A stretch of DNA of 64,000 nt from Lingula anatina (taxonomy: Eukaryota > Animalia > Brachiopoda). A model generated the notes under the pieces. The model searched no databases. It was not told the origin of the DNA and was given only the letters and a program-made list of their open reading frames with translations. Shown here piece after piece: positions 60,301 through 64,000 of this stretch (within the stretch, counting starts at the first letter, position 1; the number at the start of each line of letters is the position of its first letter). The DNA is taken from the NCBI GenBank assembly GCA_051362555.1, contig CM120646.1, forward strand, positions 17,732,001 to 17,796,000, written 5' to 3'. Both the position numbers and the translations under genes were made by a program.

Positions 60301-62295
60301 TAGTAAACTGATAAAACTTTAATATTGCAAAGAAGATACTTACTATTCTACAGCAAGACACAGATAACTCTAAATTAATAATGTGCTGCCCATTTAGTGT
60401 TGTTTTTCAATGCCATTAACTCAAACAACAATATTTCACAGTGAAGTCAATTGAAATGCTCCTCATAACACAAAACCCCAAAAGCAGTCATTTTTTCCAT
60501 CAGAGAGCTTTTGGCTATTACCTATAACCTTCACCACTCTGCAGTAACACCTGGGGACACTACCAGCAGCTAGGAATATGCAACAACATGGTCTGCAGCA
60601 ATTTTGTGGCATTTTGACTTAAGTGTTACACTGCATGGTGTAGCTCCTGCTTCTAATGGGAAATGACCACAAACTCAATGTTTTATGCTGAACACATACT
60701 TCTAACATTACTGTTAATGCCGCTGCAGCAATGAGTGTGAACAGCAGGGAGCTTGTCCAATGCACTCGGATTACTTCCTCTGCTTCTAGAAACTGGCTTG
60801 CAATACCAAAGGTTAATGTTCTTATCACATAAGAGATCTGACTGTAAAAAAATGTAGGAATAATAATTTATGGCCATCAGCAGTTTAAAACCCTAATATA
60901 ATAATCAGTGCCATTTTGATAAAAACATTTGAAAAAAATACAATTTTGAAAAAGGTCATGATATATTTTGATTAAAATCTAGGACCTCAGTATTTTAATT
61001 TTCAAATTCTCTTTTTCTCTTTCCATTAACAATAAATAAGAATTGCAATTGCATCTTATCTTAACTAATTTGGAATAACCTGATTAATTAGAAAAAAACA
61101 CTGGTATTTAAAAAAAGACTAAGAGTAGTGTTACATAAGCTGCACAGAGGAAAATTATTAAGCCTTAATAACAAATGACATTGATAAATCCACATCAATG
61201 ATATTCGTTTATCTGGACATGCTTTTCCCTTTATTTGAACATAACAATTTTGAAAATACTAATATACTGAACCATCTCTGCAGGATGACAGTTCATACCT
61301 TTATATTCATCTATCAGTGTCGTAAGTAAAAACTGTTAAAAACAACAACAAAGAAATTGTGATAGCATGTCACTGTCCTTTGCATTTATGTCTGATCACC
61401 ACTAGTATTAACACTGGACAGATAATCAATGACACCTCTACAGTTATCCAAGGGGGACCTGAATACACTTTGTTCTTTGCAGATGCTGTGTAGTTCTAAG
61501 TATTGATTGCAGCCTTGGGCATTACAGTCTTGATGATGCTAATGAATACAATAAAATGGATTGAGAAAGGGATATGCTAGTAAATTCAATTCTACAGGGT
61601 CATTTCATGAAATGATATTTAACATGGGACCCTGTCCCCTCCTCCCCCCTCTCCCACACATGCTGACATGTTCCTTGATAACTGAAACCTTAAGTTAATA
61701 TCTTAAAATATGCATGGGATCCAAATAACTGTGTAACGCATGAGGCAATCTGAAACAAAATCACAAACACACATACTTTTATAGATACCCCCTCCCCAAA
61801 AAAGGGGGGGGCAGTCTTTGAGCCTCAGGCAAAGCATGAGAACAATGTCACCTAAGGGAGCAGAAAAACCTTTGGGCTTATTCTACACATTACAAAACCA
61901 CTTCTCACCTGCTGCGTTCTACACTTCTCGTTCACAGCACTGAGCCAGGCGTCCAGGTAGTCTGTGGTGTCACGGAAATTGAGATAAAACCACTTGATCG
62001 CGCTATTCACCCACTCCCAATCGGCCTCGGGGACCACAGGGGCATGTTCTGCGACCGACCCCTCCGTCGTCTCAGTCGTTGTTTTTGTGGCATCCACCGC
62101 TCTGAAGTAAAAGTTTACAGCCAGTACTATACCAGCCGCTAAGACAAGCCACCATAATAAAAGCACGTTTACTGGGTCTAATTCAAGCCATGACTTTGTG
62201 GTGAAATGGTCGTATACATTGTCGGCAGCTTCAGCCATATTTGCTGCCGACTCCCCAAGCCGGTACCAGATCAGTTTTATAACGACGTCCACCAT
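22918..62295 (-). CDS. C2CD2L: C2CD2L/TMEM24-like (C2CD2 family) ER-plasma membrane lipid transfer protein: N-terminal TM, SMP-like region, C2 domain, polybasic tail
   Basis: Exons (minus): 62295(or 62238)-61909, 39445-39347, 39065-38955, 38636-38463, 38084-37917, 37485-37389, [36554-36525], 34747-34639, 34018-33954, 33629-33502, 32906-32726, 32120-32064, [31372-31197 or 30281-30160], 29589-29539, 28516-28441, 28236-28111, 26029-25919, 24192-24085, 23054-22918; phases are consistent. Motifs: TM LLLWWLVLAAGIVLAVNFYF; WEWVNSAIKW...AWLSAVNE; C2 RRLLVKIIKA...DPYCLVEMDYPSQK...NPFWDEHFLF; SRQIIPL; IETSRTVTPGG; IAEAAIRELQ...KTPAKTSTIIITSV, matching TMEM24 VAETAIRQL...KTPTKRSTLIISGV. Confidence 0.85.
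27662..28090. repeat. 49-bp minisatellite (~9 copies), built from two related 26+23-bp subunits
   Basis: Unit GTGTTGGCTAAGATCTGCAGTCAATT-GTGTTAGCTGAGATCATAGGGTT recurs at 27713, 27762, 27811, 27860, 27909 and 27958, with degenerate flanking copies. Confidence 0.93.
32590..32710. repeat. ~29-30-bp tandem repeat, ~4 copies
   Basis: CAATATTGTGT(A/T)AG core repeated at about 30-bp spacing. Confidence 0.75.
34038..34077. repeat. (ATT)n microsatellite
   Basis: Uninterrupted ATT run just upstream of a C2CD2L splice acceptor. Confidence 0.9.
37018..37147. mobile_element. Partial copy of MITE family B
   Basis: Shares ATTACCC...AGTAGGCG...TAGTGAGACTCCCC...GATAGAT...GGGAATGG with the copies at 40398 and 58982. 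Confidence 0.6.
39307..39337. repeat. (CT)n microsatellite
   Basis: CT dinucleotide run immediately after the exon-2 donor of C2CD2L. Confidence 0.9.
40398..40611. mobile_element. MITE family B copy
   Basis: Long collinear match to 58982-59206 (CCTAACTCCCTGGGGGTTCACGCTAAAT...GTAATCTAGTGAGACTC), with inverted ends containing TTAGATCGA/TCGATCTAA. Confidence 0.75.
44200..44431 (+). mobile_element. Non-autonomous HINE/DINE-type (Helentron-associated) interspersed element
   Basis: Subterminal inverted repeat CTCTGCCAAGG/CCTTGGCAGAG, a (CAAA/CAGA)n tract and a 3' end AAAACATAACCTCCTTGGCAGAGGTAA with a short hairpin. An opposite-orientation end fragment lies at ~63760-63830. Superfamily assignment is from recalled architecture. 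Confidence 0.6.
49921..50534 (+). repeat. 5' LTR
   Basis: TGTAAC...TTTACA; TATAAATA at 50176, Inr TCAGTT at 50206, AATAAA at 50444. No differences from the 3' LTR found by eye. Confidence 0.96.
50536..50553 (+). promoter_or_regulatory. Primer-binding site complementary to the tRNA-Leu(AAG/TAG) 3' end
   Basis: TGGTGGCAGCGGTGGGAT, 1 nt after the LTR, is the reverse complement of ...ATCCCACCGCTGCCA-CCA. Confidence 0.88.
50604..51731 (+). CDS. gag: Gag (coiled-coil N-terminus, capsid, CCHC zinc knuckle)
   Basis: 375-aa ORF with capsid-like FSGKESWEGF...F...W motif and CFKCHRYGHLAREC (CX2CX4HX4C). Confidence 0.93.
   Translation: MPPKKDNRSDQEEVRNLEEQIEEACRALEAEKENSTHRIQVAVEEAEAEKERLIRKAKENADILEARAEAAEQRVRALERQKETEIEHRAQNERISETITPTLTPFHRINGRSNFEIPLPRQTLFSGKESWEGFIEPFKALSQTCEWSESEKLFRLCNSLRGEAADFAFVQLSAEVVNSYPLLQRALQNRFQEKRTTSSYLSELENRKLSSREKLPEYISDIRKLVLKGYPTADCTTREAIALRHFIKGLPDHQAAVAVGMKTPKNLDEAREALEMYNSLREEAVKRPSVRAANPEAVVTESQLHQLEKKFDKKLDEIKDLIMKEKAKDTKSPPPPKSENWKNNIECFKCHRYGHLARECKAPVKEAQHVNNQGN
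51680..56050 (+). CDS. pol: Pol polyprotein (aspartic protease, RT, RNase H, TM-containing linker, integrase), expressed as Gag-Pol by frameshift
   Basis: FIVDTGAS protease; RPCVDYRRLN, MPFGL and IYLDDII (RT); LDTDAS...KELLAVV...SDH (RNase H); H-x5-H...CAIC, D-D-E and GPF (integrase). Uninterrupted 1456-codon frame. Confidence 0.96.
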   Translation: MQGTCERGSACKQPGKLRRGIPAGQNEPLKTPVDSDIETVSCRNASVSWPVKIQGQEVNFIVDTGASKTIISTHIYEQIPHDFRPELKKTHRKLQLQVADSRNIEIEGHVEIRFQSGEEMFVWDMLVAKIKDDGLLGMDFLCHHDFSLGVNGLKLNGKRVPCLVEREPKHAFRVTVTNDVIIPANSELIIEGTVDSSKIKSGLGLVEEIPEKSSDFLIGHVLVDPFRRDNKIPVRLLNPSNEDISLLKDTCIAHLHEVDHVIAEKLEDSLSVPTLRADLTPGKQKSDLTLHSPELPEYLADLYKQSGENLTDFERCELKKLLQKHSDIFAKSSSDMGHTSVVKHKIVTGDARPIKQQPRRPPRAFAGEEEKIIQEQLQNGVIRESTSPWSAPLVYVKKKDGTTRPCVDYRRLNDVTVKDAYPLPRINDCLDSLGGSIFFSIADCQSGYYQIEVAEEDKPKTAFVTRNGLFEYNVMPFGLSNSPSTFERCMELILRGLQWQTVLIYLDDIIVFGKSFEEHYKRLDEVFNRLGKAGLKLKPSKCRLFQTEVQFLGHVVTQDGVKPDPEKVDCIKKWPVPRNLTDVRSFLGLCSYYRRFIKGFSTRAAPINHLLQAGQAFTWTDSCQTAFEDLKSALTGNEVMAYPRDEGLYILDTDASATGIGAVLSQLQWCEKTQKEIEKPVAYASKSLTKTQRRYCVTRKELLAVVTFVQQFRHHLLGRQFLVRSDHSALRWVMSFKEPNDQMARWLEVLSQYDFKIEHRAGARHGNADAISRFPCDPDECTCYDGESILSKLPCEGCVQCKKKHEQWSRYLEEEVVPLVTRRMTENRKKEPKSDNGVCGSGQVSGNQGKCPVKRVYTAACSVLLTGLYTLLTLFFAILSWVTMKFKCIFKEVRALSLRRMRVSKKKEVLPRENLTFKDQDFSHGDEDTDLSESESDRDRLPAEWLGSYTVNELFNLQCKDPELKTVLDWKEQSSQRPERDKVAAESPAVRQLWLLWDQLVLQEGILYKRWETLDKTGSFLQILVPKEMRNEVMKGVHDKVTSGHLGVKKTVSKLKRHFYWYKMKESVRDYIRRCAICGGRKRPRSRPKAPLLRYAVGAPMDRVATDILGPFPVSERGNKYILLAMDQFSKWVECYAIPDISAKTVAHKLVTEFFSRFGLPLDLHSDQGSNYESQLFKQVCQVLEINKTRTSSYHPSGNGMVERFNIVLCDMISAYVSEDQRDWDIHLPLLTAAYRCCKHESTGYSPNLLMLGREVHTATELIFGKPPEDRSVTSPSEYVKMLQEKMTRIHEIVRLHLKKDFQRQKRDHDTRISQNNYKVGDLVYLLDSTRTVGLSPKLKRDKWQGPFVVVKKHSDLLFAVKGKPKCKMKIVHHDRLKPFLSDQVPDWVSSLQKCLLKGNHVEGSPLKREESAIKRRMKQSGQSKQVQVPKTQPDGNLRNEGRPQRKRRPPKRFAD
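51722..51765 (+). promoter_or_regulatory. -1 programmed ribosomal frameshift signal
   Basis: G_GGA_AAC heptamer (51722-51728) in the gag frame directly before the gag TGA; pol is in the -1 frame. A stem AGGGGCATTC / GAATG-AA-CCCCT starts 5 nt downstream. Confidence 0.85.
56055..56175 (+). repeat. 36-37-bp tandem repeat (3+ copies) in the retrotransposon 3' UTR
   Basis: GACAATGAACTTTAAAGAGAACATTATTAATAATCA-like units at 56055, 56092, 56128 and a partial unit at 56164. Confidence 0.85.
56345..56356 (+). promoter_or_regulatory. Polypurine tract
   Basis: AGGGGGGAAGAG directly abutting the 3' LTR TG. Confidence 0.9.
56357..56970 (+). repeat. 3' LTR
   Basis: 614 bp, appears identical to 49921-50534. 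Confidence 0.96.
57609..57801. mobile_element. Degenerate MITE family A copy
   Basis: GGATCAAATATGGCCAACCCA ... CAGCCATATTTGATCC inverted arms; internal sequence resembles 8365-8538. Confidence 0.6.
57881..58056. mobile_element. Degenerate MITE family A copy, opposite orientation
   Basis: ATTCAGAACAGGGAACTAAC...GGGTCGGCCATATTTG...GTTAGTCAGCTGTTCTGA; the core is the reverse complement of the 8365 element. Confidence 0.55.
58982..59206. mobile_element. MITE family B copy with TAT TSD (Harbinger-like)
   Basis: TIRs GGGTGCATTCCCAGAGATTTAGATCGATC / GATTGATCTAAAATCTATGGGAATGGGGTC, with TAT on both flanks. Confidence 0.75.
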
Positions 62296-62459
62296 TTTCA
62301 CGGCTGTTTTTAAAGGACGAAATTTCTTCGAAAAATGCAGAAACACTCCTGTATTCAGTCAGCTGCAGCTAAGTTTGCAAGCGCTTGTACTTCTACATTA
62401 AATTCCTTTGCTATAGCATATTGTTGAATAATTTCCTCCCAAGGAAAACAGAATCCCGG

Positions 62460-62514
62460 CCCAACCTCGTTTTCGCTGTTGGTCACGTGAGTACTTCGTG
62501 GAAACGAGGTTGGG
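62460..62514. repeat. 55-bp mini inverted-repeat element upstream of C2CD2L
   Basis: Perfect 13-bp arms CCCAACCTCGTTT / AAACGAGGTTGGG around a loop containing GTCACGTGA. Confidence 0.75.
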
Positions 62515-63649
62515 AATTCCTCTTTTGGAAAACACCTGGAAAACACCCCAAATTTTAGAAAATTGTTATCTGACATATTTTTTCATATTTTTTTGAAAAA
62601 GGATTTAAGCACAAATTTTGAGCCTATGACAAATTTTATTAACAAAATACATTAGATTATTATGCAGGTGGTTTGCTTTCCAAAGTGTAAGGGATTTTCC
62701 CGTGCAGAAAGTAAACAACAATATTTTACCCTCTCAGTCAGATTCTATATCATTTAACCTTTGTCCTTTCTGGCGCGGGGAACTCAAATTATTTTTGCAT
62801 TTCCTCACGAAAGCTTTAATAACAAGTTTATAGAGCAGGGTCCAAGGGTTTTTTTCTGCACATTTGTGCTAAAGTTGTATCTCCTAAATTGTTAACTTAC
62901 GAAAAAATATTCAAATACATTATCAGGTTCTTAAGTCTATCATATGATTGCTTCTGCATATACTTCGGTATATCAGTTTAATAAACTGGCTTTATATTTT
63001 CTTCTTAGTCACGCAGTTTAAGTGAGTAACAGCGCAGCCTCACTATTCTATAACCAGATGGCTTCAAAAAAAAATAAAAGAAGATAAAAAGGTTTGACGT
63101 AAGTAAATAATTCTCATTTTTTTAAAAGAGTAGACCCAGTTTCATAAATAGAAAAGTCTAATCTCCCAAACAGTGACATGGGATCAAAATTAGGTGAAGG
63201 GAGGAGAAGTGGTTCATGCTTTCAATTTCTTAACTGATTTTTCTTAATTTATATTTTCACATCAAAATATTGAAGGTATTCGAATGATTTGCGAAAATTA
63301 ATGTGTGGCCCGAAGTTTCCATCGTGGCTATGTAGTAAATTAAACCTTGAACATCATTTTGTATTTTCATTGATGGAGAAATTATACCGATCCAGTTACC
63401 AATAGTAAAACGTAGTTTATTAAAAAATTGTAAATCCATTTTTTGCCCAATCCCCTCGATGAATGATATCCTGGATGCATTAGTGTACATATTATGTTAC
63501 TGACCTATGAGATACCGTCGGACCACGACCATTGCAAAGTAACTTTCAACACAATCATAACTTTCAACACAATCATAGAACTAACTTGTCTCAAATAACA
63601 CATTTTAGTCATTGCCTTCCACTGCTCCGTCTACTTGAGCGTGGATATG

Positions 63650-63740
63650 GTGTGTGTGTGAGTGTGTGTGTGTGTGTGTGTGTGGGTGTGTGCGTGCGTG
63701 TGTGTGTTTGTGTGCGTGTGTGTGTTAGCGTGCACGCGCG
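63650..63740. repeat. (GT)n/(GCGT)n microsatellite
   Basis: Compound GT-rich dinucleotide run. Confidence 0.9.
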
Positions 63741-63759
63741 TTCGTATGTCACACAATAT

Positions 63760-63830
63760 ATACCTACTCCAAGGAGATTATGTTTTTGGTTCCGCTTGTC
63801 TGTTTGTCTGTTAGCATCATTATGGAACAG
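63760..63830 (-). mobile_element. 3'-end fragment of the HINE/DINE-type element
   Basis: TACCTACTCCAAGGAGATTATGTTTT...GTCTGTTTGTCTGTTAGCA matches the reverse complement of the 44370-44430 end. Confidence 0.5.
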
Positions 63831-64000
63831 GGTACCAAATAACAAACGATTAGGTTTTTATAGCGATACATTAATTGATTGATTACTTAATTAATAAAGT
63901 CTGTTAGTCTGTCAGCAACATGATGCAAAAAAGTTATGGAGGATTTTGTTTTTAAAATTTTTAGGATATGTGAAAATGGGCTAGATTATAGTGGTCATTA

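Noticed and set aside
63532-63882. 116-aa and 78-aa ORFs
   Set aside because: Artefacts of the (GT)n microsatellite and a repeat fragment.

Overview
AT-rich animal (invertebrate, probably lophotrochozoan or similar; taxon not determinable from sequence alone) genomic DNA. All exon structures were read by hand from GT-AG boundaries and reading-frame continuity. Gene order: Chk1 kinase (+, 13 coding exons, with an unexpected ~130-aa charged C-terminal tail), histone H2A.X (-, SQEY tail, both stem-loop and poly(A) signal), DPAGT1 (+, 8 exons, head-to-head with H2A.X, carrying an intronless antisense RING/B-box/coiled-coil/NHL TRIM gene in intron 4), and a ~39-kb C2CD2L/TMEM24-like gene (-, with a microexon, a frame-enforced mutually exclusive exon pair and duplicated polybasic exons). 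H2AX-DPAGT1-C2CD2L are also neighbours in human, which suggests ancient microsynteny. C2CD2L intron 1 holds an intact, very young 7.05-kb Ty3/Gypsy LTR retrotransposon (apparently identical 614-bp LTRs, tRNA-Leu PBS, PPT, -1 frameshift site). It has two odd features: a membrane-spanning, FAST-like module inserted in Pol between RNase H and integrase, and several extra PBS-like sites. Several MITE families and minisatellites are also present.
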